From positions 1-44,906 of the forward strand of contig JAUWRD010000003.1 of assembly GCA_030610765.1 (NCBI GenBank): 44,906 nucleotides of DNA. Reading direction: 5' to 3'. Positions 10,032 through 20,538 of this stretch are shown here, piece by piece. The stretch's first letter is position 1. The number at the start of each line of letters is the position of its first letter. Made by a program: the position numbers and the translations under genes. This DNA is from Actinomycetes bacterium (GTDB lineage Bacteria > Actinomycetota > Aquicultoria > CAJVYJ01 > JAUVQD01). Below the pieces are notes generated by a model that saw nothing but the letters and a program-made list of their open reading frames with translations, searched no databases and was not told where the DNA came from.

Positions 10032-11183
10032 TTAAGTTCTTAAAACGACGCTCTCGGCTCTATCTCTTGCCCAGGCGTCAACGACTTCAAAATCCCCTAT
10101 TGAACCGATCGTGATAGGGTCATGCTTTTCCAACACGGTATTAATAATATTGCCAATTTCAGCAAAGCCAATCTTTCCCGACAAGAAAGCGTCTACCGCT
10201 ACTTCATCAGCAGCGTTAAGCACGGTTGGATATGAAAGTCCTTTTTCGGCCGCAGTCAAAGCAAGCGCCAAACAAGGAGAGTCGCTCGTGCGAACGTTAA
10301 AGAAATCAAGCCGCTGAACTTTTGCCAGGTCAAGCCGCTCAAGTGTTGACTGCAGCCTTTTTGGCCACGAAAAACTATACAAAATTGGCAACCTCATATC
10401 GGTTGGCCCTAGGTGCGCCTTTAATGAACCGTCTACAAACTCAACCAGTGAATGAATGATTGATTGCGGATGAACAAGCACCTCTATCTTTTCATACGGA
10501 ATACCAAAGAGATGATGCGCTTCTATTACTTCAAAACCCTTATTCATTAATGTTGCTGAATCAATCGTGACCCTTCTTCCCATGCGCCACCTTGGGTGAT
10601 CAAGGGCCTGCTCCGGGGTGACTTTTTCTGAAGCCTCCTTGGGCTTTCCCCAAAAAGGTCCGCCCGAGGCCGTTAGAATCATTTTAGATATTTCTGAAAT
10701 ATCTTCGCCGACCATGCACTGCCAAAGCGCGTTGTGCTCGGAATCCACCGGGATCAGCCGCATATTTTGCTTTTTCAGTCTTTCGTTTACGAGATCACCA
10801 GCGGCTACCAGAGATTCTTTGTTGGCCAGCGCCAATTGTTTTTTTGCGTTTATTGCGGAAAGGGTTGCGGCTAGCCCGGAGCTTCCAACAATTGCGTTCA
10901 AGATCAGATCAGCCTCAGGGAGAGTGGATATCTCTTCGAGCCCCTCCTTGCCAGCCAGAACTTTTGCCGGACCTGAATAACGGGCCTTTAAATCGCGAGC
11001 CGCTTCTTCGTTCACAAGGCACACGAAGATTGGATTCAACTCCTCGAGTTGCCGCAATAGCGTATCAACATTTTTGTGAGCAGCGAGTCCTATGATCCTA
11101 AAATCATCTGGATGAGAGAGAGTGACGTCAATTGCTTGACGGCCAATCGACCCTGACGAGCCCAATATCACGATATTTTTGAT
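10032..11183 (-). CDS. dxr: 1-deoxy-D-xylulose-5-phosphate reductoisomerase
   Basis: LGSSGSIG, LANKESLV, PVDSEH, LTASGGPF, IDSATLMNKGFEVIEA. Start placed at ATC 11183 (ORF track uses GTG 11171). Confidence 0.98.
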   Translation of the reverse strand: MKNIVILGSSGSIGRQAIDVTLSHPDDFRIIGLAAHKNVDTLLRQLEELNPIFVCLVNEEAARDLKARYSGPAKVLAGKEGLEEISTLPEADLILNAIVGSSGLAATLSAINAKKQLALANKESLVAAGDLVNERLKKQNMRLIPVDSEHNALWQCMVGEDISEISKMILTASGGPFWGKPKEASEKVTPEQALDHPRWRMGRRVTIDSATLMNKGFEVIEAHHLFGIPYEKIEVLVHPQSIIHSLVEFVDGSLKAHLGPTDMRLPILYSFSWPKRLQSTLERLDLAKVQRLDFFNVRTSDSPCLALALTAAEKGLSYPTVLNAADEVAVDAFLSGKIGFAEIGNIINTVLEKHDPITIGSIGDFEVVDAWARDRAESVVLRT

Positions 11184-11193
11184 CCTATCCCCC

Positions 11194-11982
11194 TCAACCA
11201 GTCATAAGCTTAAGCAACAAGAAACTCGCAACACCACCGAAGAGCAGTGAATCCACTCTATCAAGAAACCCGCCGTGCCCCGGTAGAATTGATCCACTAT
11301 CCTTAACGCCCGCTTGTCGCTTAAGGCTTGACTCAAAAAGATCACCCAAACCTGCGGCTAAAGCAATGCTCAATCCAAAGATAACTCGCTCAATAGTCGT
11401 AAGTCCCGGCATAATGCTCAGCAAGCCAAAAACGGCCGCTGTCACAACTAAGGCACCGATAGCGCCTTCTACGGTCTTATTTGGGCTGAGACGCGGAGCC
11501 AGCTTGTTTCGCCCCAGAAACCTACCTATAAAGAAGGCAGACGTATCAGCTACCCAGACAGCCGCAAACGTATAGAGGACGAAGTCACTACCATCTTTCA
11601 AACTAAAGATCATAGTTAAAACGGTAAATAGACCACCAATATATATAACCCCGACAAAGCTCTTGCGAACACAGTCCCAGTTAATGCGCTTACGGCTTAG
11701 TGTTTCGACACTAAGGGCGAGCGTGAACCACAATAACAGCCAAGCCATGTCCGCGCTCAAGCCACCATAGAGATTGACTAAAGGCAGACCCAGCGCCCCT
11801 ACGATCGTTACAAAAACCGTCGGTCTTCCATCAATCGCTTGTACCATATTAATATATTCCAGAATGCTAATGAAGATAGCGATTTCGATTAATACAAAGA
11901 ACGAGATTCTGCCTGCTAAAATCAGTGCTATCAATATCGGTATACCAACAATAGCTGTTAGTATTCTTTTTCCAAGGTCCAT
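11194..11982 (-). CDS. cdsA: phosphatidate cytidylyltransferase
   Basis: Hydrophobic; DTSAFFIG, SPNKTVEG, GDLFESSLKRQAGVKDSG, PGHGGFLDRVD. Confidence 0.98.
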   Translation of the reverse strand: MDLGKRILTAIVGIPILIALILAGRISFFVLIEIAIFISILEYINMVQAIDGRPTVFVTIVGALGLPLVNLYGGLSADMAWLLLWFTLALSVETLSRKRINWDCVRKSFVGVIYIGGLFTVLTMIFSLKDGSDFVLYTFAAVWVADTSAFFIGRFLGRNKLAPRLSPNKTVEGAIGALVVTAAVFGLLSIMPGLTTIERVIFGLSIALAAGLGDLFESSLKRQAGVKDSGSILPGHGGFLDRVDSLLFGGVASFLLLKLMTG

Positions 11983-11985
11983 CTT

Positions 11986-12762
11986 TTAGATGCCCAGCCC
12001 GCCAAAGCGCCGATTTCTATTTTGATACTCATAGAGTGCTTGAATAAAATCATCTTTTCTAAAATCCGGCCACAATTTGTTTGTTACCCAAAACTCCGAA
12101 TAGGCGCTCTCCCAGATTAAGAAATTACTTAATCTGAGTTCGCCGCTTGTGCGAATAATAAGTTCAGGATCAGGAACTTCTGCGGTTGCTAACTTCATGG
12201 CAAATTGTTCTTGAGTAAAACTCTGAGAATCAACAGCCTTGTCCTTTTGCTCTTCGGCCAACTGACGTGCGGCCCGCAAAATATCTTCGCGACCGCTATA
12301 ATTCAGCGCAATCAAAAGGGTCAGCCCACTATTGTTCCGGGTTTTCTTTAGTGCCCGTTCAAACGTTTCCTTTGTGGCGGCCTCAATGCCTTCAAGATCG
12401 CCAATCGCTCGTATTCGAACATTATTCTCATGTAAGTTATCAAGCTCCGCCTCGACCATTTCCCGAAATAGGCTCATGAGCCCCAGGACTTCAGTCTTTG
12501 GCCGCTGCCAGTTCTCAACTGAAAACGTATATAGGGTGATGAATTTAATACCTAAGTTCGGCGCAATCTCGACCACTTCGCGAATGGCTTGAGCGCCTGC
12601 TCGATGTCCGGCCAAACGTGGAAGTCCGCGTTTCTTTGCCCAGCGCCCGTTTCCATCCATTATGATAGCAACGTGCTGCGGGAGGCGCTCGAGATCAAGT
12701 TTATTCTCAGATTTATCCTGGGGTTTGAACCAGCGTTGAAACATTGAGGAAATAGAGGTCAC
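11986..12762 (-). CDS. uppS: isoprenyl transferase (undecaprenyl diphosphate synthase)
   Basis: HVAIIMDGNGRWA, FSVENWQRP, IRTSGELRLSNFLIWE. Confidence 0.98.
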   Translation of the reverse strand: MTSISSMFQRWFKPQDKSENKLDLERLPQHVAIIMDGNGRWAKKRGLPRLAGHRAGAQAIREVVEIAPNLGIKFITLYTFSVENWQRPKTEVLGLMSLFREMVEAELDNLHENNVRIRAIGDLEGIEAATKETFERALKKTRNNSGLTLLIALNYSGREDILRAARQLAEEQKDKAVDSQSFTQEQFAMKLATAEVPDPELIIRTSGELRLSNFLIWESAYSEFWVTNKLWPDFRKDDFIQALYEYQNRNRRFGGLGI

Positions 12763-13313
12763 ACCTCCATTATCTCCGCTTCTTTTACCTGCAGTAAGCT
12801 TTCAATATCGTTTGTATGCTTATTTGTGATCTTTTGAGTCTCTTCTAAGGCTGATTGTTGTTCATCTTGGGATATCTCATGGTTCTTTTCTTTAGTTTTT
12901 ATTTTGTCATTGACGTCTCGCCTGACATTTCTAACCGCGACCTTACCTTCTTCGCCAAGCTTTTTAACTATTTTTACCAGCTCAAGCCTTCTCTCCTCTG
13001 TCAAAGGCGGAAAAGGCACCCGGATAATATTGCCATCGTTTGATGGCGATAAGCCGAGGTCCGATTGTTGAATTGCTTTCTCGATAATCGCTAAATTCGA
13101 TTTGTCGTAGGGTTGAATAACAATCATTTGAGGTTCGGGCACATTGATTGTCGCCGCCTGATTAAGCGGTGTTAGTGTGCCATAGTAGTCGAAGCTGATT
13201 CTTTCAAGCAAGCTTGCGGACGCGCGTCCGGTGCGAACAGACGCAAACTCATGCGCAGTCGCTTTAACGGCTTTATCCATTCTCTTGCTGGCGTCATCTA
13301 GTGCTTCTCTCAT
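12759..13313 (-). CDS. frr: ribosome recycling factor
   Basis: VRTGRAS, PPLTEERR, VAVRNVRRD. Confidence 0.99.
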   Translation of the reverse strand: MREALDDASKRMDKAVKATAHEFASVRTGRASASLLERISFDYYGTLTPLNQAATINVPEPQMIVIQPYDKSNLAIIEKAIQQSDLGLSPSNDGNIIRVPFPPLTEERRLELVKIVKKLGEEGKVAVRNVRRDVNDKIKTKEKNHEISQDEQQSALEETQKITNKHTNDIESLLQVKEAEIMEV

Positions 13314-14038
13314 TAACCGCGACTCCTCTCCATAATCGTACCGACTTCCTCTCCTGAAACCACTCTCTTTATGCTTCCCGGCTTATTAATATTGAAGACT
13401 ATTATCGGTATATCATTTTCCATCGCCAATGAGACTGCCGTAGAATCCATCACCCTCAATTCTTGTTTTAACGCATCCATATAATTGACTCTTTTATACA
13501 TCTTCGCGTCCGGGTTTAAGACTGGATCCGAATCGTAGATTCCGTCAACTTTCGTGGCTTTCAATATGGCTTCCGCGTCAATCTCAAGTGCCCGGAGTGT
13601 CGCGGCTGTATCGGTACTAAAGTAGGGATTTCCGGTCCCGCCAGCCAGGATGACAACACGGCCTTTTTCGAGGTGCCGCACGGCGCGGCGCCTAATATAG
13701 GGCTCGGCTACTTCGTGCATACTGATTGCTGATTGAACTCTTGTATTTACTTCTAACTTTTCTAAGGAATCTTGCAGTGCCAAAGAATTCATGATAGTTG
13801 CCAACATACCAATATGGTCGGCTGTCGACCTATCCATACCTAGCGAGCTGGCAGACAACCCTCTGAAGATATTGCCGCCGCCTATCACAACGGCGACTTC
13901 CACACCAGCAGCATTTAAATCTTTTATTTGGTTTGCTATTCCATTCGCGATATCTGGATCGATACTATGACCAGCGCTTCTTGAAAGCGCTTCGCCGCTT
14001 AGTTTTAACAATACCCGCTTATACTTGTATTTCTCCAA
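13313..14038 (-). CDS. pyrH: UMP kinase
   Basis: [29 protein letters not shown]; TTG start after GAGGG. Confidence 0.99.
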   Translation of the reverse strand: MEKYKYKRVLLKLSGEALSRSAGHSIDPDIANGIANQIKDLNAAGVEVAVVIGGGNIFRGLSASSLGMDRSTADHIGMLATIMNSLALQDSLEKLEVNTRVQSAISMHEVAEPYIRRRAVRHLEKGRVVILAGGTGNPYFSTDTAATLRALEIDAEAILKATKVDGIYDSDPVLNPDAKMYKRVNYMDALKQELRVMDSTAVSLAMENDIPIIVFNINKPGSIKRVVSGEEVGTIMERSRG

Positions 14039-14083
14039 AAATCCCTCAATAGCAGTTTGAAACCTTTTGGCTTAGTATACGGC

Positions 14084-14686
14084 TTAGTCTGACGACTCGC
14101 CAAGTTGAAAGCGAGTAAATCTCCTAATCGCAATGTTTTCTTTAATCTTGCTCCCCAAGGCGGCAAGGCGATCCTGTACAGTTTGATCTGTGTCTTTAAC
14201 AAAATCTTGCTCTAAAAGACAGACCGCTTGAAAAAACTTTTCCAGCCGTCCCTCAACTATTTTGTCAATAATTTTTTCAGGCTTGCCCTCTTTGAGAGAT
14301 TGCGCCCGATAGATATCTTTTTCGCTTTCTATTAAATCCTCGGGTACTTCATCTCTGGACACAAACATGGGGCTTGCCGCTGCGACCTGCATCGCAACAT
14401 CATGAGCAAATGCTTTAAACTCATCATTCCTAGCGACAAAATCAGTTTCGCAATTCACTTCAACAAGCACGGCTATCCTGCCGCCGCCATGTACATAGGC
14501 TTCGACCAACCCTTGGTTTGCTGTCCGACCCGCTCGCTCGGCGAGATCAGCTAAACCCTTCTTCCTGAGAAGCTCGACCGCTTTTTTTAGATCACTTTTT
14601 GCTTCTTCAAGCGCTCGCTTACAATCCATCATGCCGCTGCCGGTCTTTTCCCGCAACTCTTTAACTAGCGCAGGCGATATCGCCAT
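14084..14686 (-). CDS. tsf: elongation factor Ts (short, 200 aa form)
   Basis: VKELREKTGSGMMDCKRAL, EVNCETDFVA. Confidence 0.99.
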   Translation of the reverse strand: MAISPALVKELREKTGSGMMDCKRALEEAKSDLKKAVELLRKKGLADLAERAGRTANQGLVEAYVHGGGRIAVLVEVNCETDFVARNDEFKAFAHDVAMQVAAASPMFVSRDEVPEDLIESEKDIYRAQSLKEGKPEKIIDKIVEGRLEKFFQAVCLLEQDFVKDTDQTVQDRLAALGSKIKENIAIRRFTRFQLGESSD

Positions 14687-14742
14687 TTCAAGACCTCCTA
14701 ATAGAACAACTAAAATTATCTAACTTAAATTAACGCCTTACT

Positions 14743-15468
14743 TTATGCTTGAGCCTTCTCTGCCTCTGCTTCTTTGGCTTTCTCACGACTTTCCAATCCG
14801 GCCAAAGCCCCGTCCGCTATCACCTTGGTGATCAGCTTTATAGCCCGAATCGCATCGTCGTTGCCTGGGATCACATAATCTACCTCGTCTGGATCACAAT
14901 TTGTATCGACAATTGCGATGATCGGAATTTCAAGACGCATTGCCTCAGCAATCGCTATTCTTTCCTTCCGTGGATCAACAATAAAAACCGCGCTCGGCAG
15001 ACCCCTAAGCTCTTTTACACCGCCAAAATTGCGGCGCAGCTTTTCGCGTTCTGCCATAATTTTTAAAATTTCTTTCTTGTTTAGATGCTCTAGCTTATTA
15101 TCTTCTTCTATATCATCTAGTTCCCGAAGCCTCTTGATTCTCTTCTCAATTGTTGAAAAGTTTGTTAAAGTTCCCCCCAGCCAGCGATGACTCACGTACG
15201 GCATCTGTGCTCTGGTCGCTTCCTCAACTACGCTCTCCTGGGCTTGTTTCTTTGTTCCCACAAAAATAATTGTGCCACCTTTTGCCACGGTGTCCCTGAC
15301 AAATTCATAAGCGTCTTCAATCAACCCGAGGGTCTGCTGAAGATCAAGAATGTAAATGCCATTCCTTTCGGTGAAGATATATGGCTTCATCTTTGGATTC
15401 CAACGTCTCGTTTGATGACCAAAATGAACTCCGGCCTCAAGCAGACTTTTCATTGAAACTATTGCCAT
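14743..15468 (-). CDS. rpsB: 30S ribosomal protein S2
   Basis: [44 protein letters not shown]. Confidence 0.99.
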   Translation of the reverse strand: MAIVSMKSLLEAGVHFGHQTRRWNPKMKPYIFTERNGIYILDLQQTLGLIEDAYEFVRDTVAKGGTIIFVGTKKQAQESVVEEATRAQMPYVSHRWLGGTLTNFSTIEKRIKRLRELDDIEEDNKLEHLNKKEILKIMAEREKLRRNFGGVKELRGLPSAVFIVDPRKERIAIAEAMRLEIPIIAIVDTNCDPDEVDYVIPGNDDAIRAIKLITKVIADGALAGLESREKAKEAEAEKAQA

Positions 15469-15499
15469 TTCTTCCTCCTTTCATACATGATGGTTTTTT

Positions 15500-15566
15500 C
15501 CTCCGCTCATTTCTTCCCCACCTTTAACCAAAAGGCACCACAAAGGCCGGTCCATGAGCGTGTGTA
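15500..15566 (-). ncRNA. rpsB (S2) leader, putative autoregulatory RNA
   Basis: Minus strand ACACACGCTCAT...GGTGC...ATGAGCGGAGG with a CGCTCAT/ATGAGCG stem, resembling S2 leaders; lies between the promoter and the rpsB SD. Confidence 0.7.
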
Positions 15567-15577
15567 TTCGACGAGGT

Positions 15578-15607
15578 ATTGTATCATAGAGTTTTTTACT
15601 GAAGCAA
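15578..15607 (-). promoter_or_regulatory. sigma70-type promoter of rpsB-tsf
   Basis: TTGCTT-18nt-TACAAT with extended -10 TG. Confidence 0.7.
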
Positions 15608-15623
15608 ACGCTGAATGGCAGAT

Positions 15624-16418
15624 TTATTGAGAATCAATAAAAGTTTTTGCTTGTCTTAGCTTCGCCTTTAGCCTGATTACGGCTTTTGTATGCATTTGAG
15701 ATACACGTGACTCAGTGACCCCTAGAACCTCTCCGATCTCTCTGAGCGTGAGATTCTCATAATAATATAGCGCCACTACCATCTTTTCGCGCTCCGGTAA
15801 TCTTTCTATTGCCTCAGCCAGAATTTCTTTAGTTTCAGCAAGCTCAAAGAGCTTCGAAGGGTTGTTGCTATTATTATCTTTAACCGTATCAATAATGCTG
15901 ACTTTCTCATCTTTATCCGTTCCAACCGCCCATGCCTCATCTAAGGCAATAACAGAGGTATAGCTAAGCTGAGATATCAGGTCATGCAGGTCTTTTATTG
16001 TTATATTAAGGGTTTCGGCGACTTCTTCATCCGTCGGTACACGCTTAAATTTATTCTCAAGTTCGATATAGGCTCTTTCCAACTCTTTAGAGCGGCTTCT
16101 CACAGAACGCGGCACCCAATCAAGTGACCTTAGCTCGTCAATTATTGAACCCCGTATCCTCGACATGGCATAGGTTTCAAACTTGATTTCTCTGTGAATA
16201 TCAAATTTTTCTATCGCGTCTATCAGGCCAAAAATCCCATAACTAACTAAGTCCGCGGAATCAACATTTTGAGGAAGGTTTGCCGACACTCTTCCGGCAA
16301 CATATTTAACTAGTGGACTATAGTGCAGAATCAGCTTATCTCGAGCATCAGCGCTCTGATCGTTCTTGAATTCAAGCCACACAGGCATGATTTCAACTTG
16401 TTTTAGATCTTTCACCAA
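15624..16418 (-). CDS. whiG: FliA/WhiG family (sigma-28) RNA polymerase sigma factor
   Basis: LILHYSPLVKYVAGRV, FETYA..RIRGSIIDELRSLDWVPRSVR, LTLREIGEVLGVTESRVSQMH; position between dprA/xerC and rpsB as in Actinomycetota. Confidence 0.9.
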   Translation of the reverse strand: MVKDLKQVEIMPVWLEFKNDQSADARDKLILHYSPLVKYVAGRVSANLPQNVDSADLVSYGIFGLIDAIEKFDIHREIKFETYAMSRIRGSIIDELRSLDWVPRSVRSRSKELERAYIELENKFKRVPTDEEVAETLNITIKDLHDLISQLSYTSVIALDEAWAVGTDKDEKVSIIDTVKDNNSNNPSKLFELAETKEILAEAIERLPEREKMVVALYYYENLTLREIGEVLGVTESRVSQMHTKAVIRLKAKLRQAKTFIDSQ

Positions 16419-16500
16419 CTGGCTCCGAATGTTAAGCGCCTTAAAATGCCGCCAAATGGCTCACAGCAAAGAAAAAACATCACTATGCTTGCCCCTAAAC

Positions 16501-17415
16501 TCATGCTCTCGGGTGTGCCTGTTTATAAATCCGCCGGAGCTTATTCTTTCCTAAATGAGTATATATCTGGGTCGACGATAAATCAACGTGACCAAGTAGT
16601 TCCTGTACTGCCCTTAAACCTGCGCCTCGCTCGAGGAGATGCGTGGCAAACGTATGTCTCAAAGTGTGCGGTGTAACCCCTTTGACCTTGGCATACTTAC
16701 CAGTATATGCCTTTACGAGACGCCTAACAGACCCGGTACTCAGCCGCCCGCCGCTCCTGTTTAAGAAAACGGCAGGGGTCTTGCTTTCGGCTTTCTTGCT
16801 CAGCTGTACTCTGCCATTGCTTATATACGTATTTACTCTTGAAATCGCCTGATCGTTAAGGGGAATTATCCTCTCCTTGGACCCCTTGCCGAGGACTTTT
16901 ATCTCATTTTCATGCCAATTTAGATCGTCTAGATCAAGACCAACTAGCTCCTGCACCCTGATTCCGGCGCCATAGAGGACCTCTAAAATAGCTCGATCTC
17001 TTTCTCCTTTTGTTTCTCCTGTATCCGGCAAGCGCAAAAATTCGTCCATTTCGAGCGTCCCGATAATTTTCGGGAGTGGCCTTTCGTTTTTGACAGATGA
17101 GATCAAGGTCGCTGGATTTGAATCAATAACCCCAAGATGTTTATGGAGATACTTGAAGAAGCTCCGAAGAGCAGCCATTTTTCGCGCTAAAGTTGTCTTG
17201 CTTAATGAAAAATTATATAGAAACGCCAGGTATCTGCGGATGACCTTATGATCAATGTCAATAAAATCCAACTCAAGTTTATCAATATACTCAATGAAAC
17301 TTGTAATGTCGGTTCGGTAGGCACGCAATGTGTTTACGGATAGATTTCTTTCCGCCTTCAAATACAAAAGAAACGACTCTTTTGCTTGACTCCCGCTTCT
17401 TAAGCCAGCGTCCAT
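16501..17415 (-). CDS. xerC: tyrosine recombinase XerC-like
   Basis: LSVNTLRAYRTD, YGAGIRVQEL, GKGSKER, PHTLRHTFATHLL, LLGH..LSSTQIYTH; conserved position after dprA. Confidence 0.92.
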   Translation of the reverse strand: MDAGLRSGSQAKESFLLYLKAERNLSVNTLRAYRTDITSFIEYIDKLELDFIDIDHKVIRRYLAFLYNFSLSKTTLARKMAALRSFFKYLHKHLGVIDSNPATLISSVKNERPLPKIIGTLEMDEFLRLPDTGETKGERDRAILEVLYGAGIRVQELVGLDLDDLNWHENEIKVLGKGSKERIIPLNDQAISRVNTYISNGRVQLSKKAESKTPAVFLNRSGGRLSTGSVRRLVKAYTGKYAKVKGVTPHTLRHTFATHLLERGAGLRAVQELLGHVDLSSTQIYTHLGKNKLRRIYKQAHPRA

Positions 17416-17485
17416 CTAAACCCTCACTTGTAGTTTTATAAAGATTAGCTGAACAGTGCTTACTTATGCAATAGCTTGAAAGCAA

Positions 17486-18547
17486 TTACCTGACCCTCAA
17501 ATACCAACCGCCGACTTGCTTCTTTATCAAACCTTGCGCCTGAAGCATTGAAAGGTCGGTTAAGACCTTTTGATCTGATCTTCCGTCGTTCCTAATTATC
17601 GTGTCCACATGGGTTTTATAGTAATCCACAAAGGCCAACACCTTGGTCTCGCCTTCGGAAAGCACTTCCTGGGCCTCTTTCTTTTCTGCCTTTTCGTAAC
17701 CAAGCAATTCCAAAACGTCATCGGCCGATTCAATAACGCCGGCCCCGTCTTTAAGCAAGCCGTGGCATCCCGCGCTAACAGCGCTTTTAATGCTTCCCGG
17801 CACGACCAGAATATCTTTTCCTTGCTCAAGCGCGAAATCAGCTGTTATTAACGCGCCACTTCGTTTCGATGCTTCGATAATTAAAACAACTTTTGCTAGT
17901 CCGGCTATTATTCGGTTCCTACCCGGAAAATTCATAGCTCGAGGAGGCGTGCCGGGTGGATATTCTGAAACAATTGCGCCTGATTTCTCTATTTCTTTAG
18001 CGAGATGGCGATTTTCAGGGGGGTAGATATTGTCTATTCCGGCCCCAAATACCGCAACGGTTCTCCCTCTTTCAAGCGCGCCCCTATGAGCGGCGCTATC
18101 GATACCCCGAGCCATTCCGCTTACGATCGTTATTCCAGCCTCTGCAAGTGAGCTCGCTATCTCTCTCGCGATCGTACGACCGTATTCCGTCGATTTTCGT
18201 GAACCGACCATTGCCACGACGTCATGGCTCTCATTTAGATCGCCCTTAAAAAACAAAACCGCTGGTTTGTCGTACAGATTTCTTAAACTTTCCGGGTATG
18301 ATTTATCAGCTCGAGTAACAAAATTGATACGCAATCGATTGATCTTTTCGGCTTCCGCTTCAAGGTCAATTGAAGATAATTGCTTCATAGTGGCACTTGC
18401 GACTTCTTTGTTAACACCTAAAAGACGCATCGTCGTCTTCACAGACCCTTTGTAAGCTTCCTCAATTTCATCATCTTGAAGATGTCGAAAATATCGCCAC
18501 AGATGTTGATTTAAGCTAACACCAAGCCAAGCTAGTCGCTTATCCAT
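17486..18547 (-). CDS. dprA: DNA-processing protein DprA
   Basis: VAMVGSRKST, IVSGMARGIDSAAH, FPGRNRIIAGL, SGALITA; C-terminal winged helix. Confidence 0.98.
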   Translation of the reverse strand: MDKRLAWLGVSLNQHLWRYFRHLQDDEIEEAYKGSVKTTMRLLGVNKEVASATMKQLSSIDLEAEAEKINRLRINFVTRADKSYPESLRNLYDKPAVLFFKGDLNESHDVVAMVGSRKSTEYGRTIAREIASSLAEAGITIVSGMARGIDSAAHRGALERGRTVAVFGAGIDNIYPPENRHLAKEIEKSGAIVSEYPPGTPPRAMNFPGRNRIIAGLAKVVLIIEASKRSGALITADFALEQGKDILVVPGSIKSAVSAGCHGLLKDGAGVIESADDVLELLGYEKAEKKEAQEVLSEGETKVLAFVDYYKTHVDTIIRNDGRSDQKVLTDLSMLQAQGLIKKQVGGWYLRVR

Positions 18548-18568
18548 TATCCTTACCTTCTAGGAGTC

Positions 18569-20092
18569 CTATAATATCTCTCCGCCAGCAGACCGGTATT
18601 GTATGGCTTCGGCCAGATCCTCTAGTTCAATTTTTTCATTACCTGATAAATCAGCGATCGTTCTAGACGTTTTTAGCAGACGATCATACCCTCTTGCTGT
18701 CGGAAGCAACTTATCAAGAGCACGATCAAGCCAGGTTTTTGATTCGTTTGAAATCTGACAAAAGGTTCGCACTTGGGACGCGGACATTTGGCTATTTAGC
18801 ACATTATCGCCAGAAAATCTCTGCCGTTGGATTTCTCGCGCACGATCTACGCGCCCTCGTATGTCTTCTGATTTTTCTCCAGGCTTGCATTGCATCAAGT
18901 CGGATTTTGTCAGTCGCGCAACCTCGACTTGCATGTCTATTCTATCCAGCAATGGTCCGGAGACCCGATTGCGGTATCTTTGTATTTTGCCGAGCGAGCA
19001 AGTACACTCTTTTTTCGCGTCACCAAGATATCCGCAAGGACAAGGATTCATCGCGCAAACTAGCATAAAGCTAGCCGGGTATGTAAGATTACCGCTGGCT
19101 CTGGCAATTGTGATCTCTTTTGCCTCAATGGGTTGCCTTAGCGTTTGCAATATGCTCGGTCCAAACTGCGGCAGCTCATCGAGGAATAGCACCCCGTGAT
19201 GACTCAAGGTTATCTCGCCCGGCCGCAGCTTTTGCCCGCCGCCAACCAAGCCCGTAAATGAAATTGTGTGGTGAGGTGAGCGAAATGGTCGTTTCCAGAT
19301 CAGACCACGCTTCTCCCTGTCGTTACCGTAGATACTGTAGATCTTTGTGACATCAATCGCTTCTTCGGGTGATAGCGCCGGCAGTATCGTTGGCAAGCCG
19401 GACGCCAACATAGTTTTTCCTGAACCCGGCGGACCTACCATTAGCATGTTGTGGCCACCAGCCGCCGCGATCTCTATGGCGCGACGTGCTTGAAATTGAC
19501 CCTTAATATCGGAATAGTCATTTTCGTTAACCCGTTGGACGACGCTTACTTCATCTTTTTGTTGAAACTCAATACGTTTCTCACCTGATAAAAACTGAGC
19601 CGCTTCGCTAAGATTTTTTACAGGAACGACATTGAGATTATCAATGATCGCGGCCTCACGGGCATTTTCAGGTGACGCTATAAGCCCTTTTATTCCGCGC
19701 TCGGCGGCGCCAATAGCAATGGACAGAGCCCCCTTAATCGGTTTAACGTCCCCCGTAAGAGACAGCTCGCCCACCAGCCAATATTGATCAAGGCCGGAAT
19801 CCAGCTTAAGTTGACCGGCCGAAACCAGAAGCCCGATGGCGATTGGTAGGTCAAAAGAGGGGCCTTCCTTGCGCATATCTGCCGGCGCCAGATTGACGGT
19901 CACCCTGTTGGCCTTGAATTCAAACTCGCTATTTTTTATTGCGGCCCTGACTCGCTCGCGCGACTCTTGAACAGCGGCATCGGGCAAACCGACAATTGTA
20001 AAACCCGGTAGGCCTTTCGATATATCGACCTCAATCTCGACTTGATAAGCTTCTAATCCGACGATAGCCGCGCTCTTAACTACACAAAGCAT
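18569..20092 (-). CDS. comM: YifB/ComM family Mg-chelatase-like AAA+ ATPase
   Basis: IVGLPDAAVQESRERV, NLAPADMRKEG..FDLPIA, GPPGSGKTMLA, PFRSPHH, NPCPCG. Confidence 0.96.
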   Translation of the reverse strand: MLCVVKSAAIVGLEAYQVEIEVDISKGLPGFTIVGLPDAAVQESRERVRAAIKNSEFEFKANRVTVNLAPADMRKEGPSFDLPIAIGLLVSAGQLKLDSGLDQYWLVGELSLTGDVKPIKGALSIAIGAAERGIKGLIASPENAREAAIIDNLNVVPVKNLSEAAQFLSGEKRIEFQQKDEVSVVQRVNENDYSDIKGQFQARRAIEIAAAGGHNMLMVGPPGSGKTMLASGLPTILPALSPEEAIDVTKIYSIYGNDREKRGLIWKRPFRSPHHTISFTGLVGGGQKLRPGEITLSHHGVLFLDELPQFGPSILQTLRQPIEAKEITIARASGNLTYPASFMLVCAMNPCPCGYLGDAKKECTCSLGKIQRYRNRVSGPLLDRIDMQVEVARLTKSDLMQCKPGEKSEDIRGRVDRAREIQRQRFSGDNVLNSQMSASQVRTFCQISNESKTWLDRALDKLLPTARGYDRLLKTSRTIADLSGNEKIELEDLAEAIQYRSAGGEIL

Positions 20093-20148
20093 GTCTGCCT
20101 CTTAGACTAAAGGGTTGCTGGCAAAAACCAGATGAAAAATACTAGGAT

Positions 20149-20177
20149 AGCGTACTATGATGGTAGGATTTTTGCAA
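20149..20177 (-). promoter_or_regulatory. possible sigma70-type promoter for comM-dprA
   Basis: TTGCAA-17nt-TACGCT in the yraN-comM gap. Confidence 0.4.
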
Positions 20178-20181
20178 TATC

Positions 20182-20538
20182 TTAGAAAGCGTTTTCTATG
20201 TGCTCCAGTTGAGCGACTCCGTCATCTTTGAAGATCGTTATCACATCAAAACGGAGTGAACACTCTGTCTTAGTTAGACTTTGGCAATATAATTCTCCGA
20301 GCTTTCGTAGCCTCGTCTGTTTCTTTGGCGTTATCGCCTCAAGCGGATGGCCGAAGGAATCGTTTGATCTGGTTTTTACTTCGCACACAACGATCGTATC
20401 AGCGTCTTTTGCGATTAAATCTATTTCTCCCAGGTGACAACGCCAGTTTTTCTCAATAATCCGATAACCTTGCTTCCCTAAGTATTTGGCCGCCAACTCT
20501 TCGCCTTCCGCTCCAATTTTCTGGCGCCACTTGCTCAA
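20182..20538 (-). CDS. yraN: YraN/UPF0102 family protein
   Basis: [42 protein letters not shown]. Confidence 0.96.
   Translation of the reverse strand: MSKWRQKIGAEGEELAAKYLGKQGYRIIEKNWRCHLGEIDLIAKDADTIVVCEVKTRSNDSFGHPLEAITPKKQTRLRKLGELYCQSLTKTECSLRFDVITIFKDDGVAQLEHIENAF

Noticed and set aside
16501-17415. Tyrosine recombinase as a mobile-element integrase
   Set aside because: Length, motifs and position after dprA fit housekeeping XerC; no att or dif site or cargo seen.
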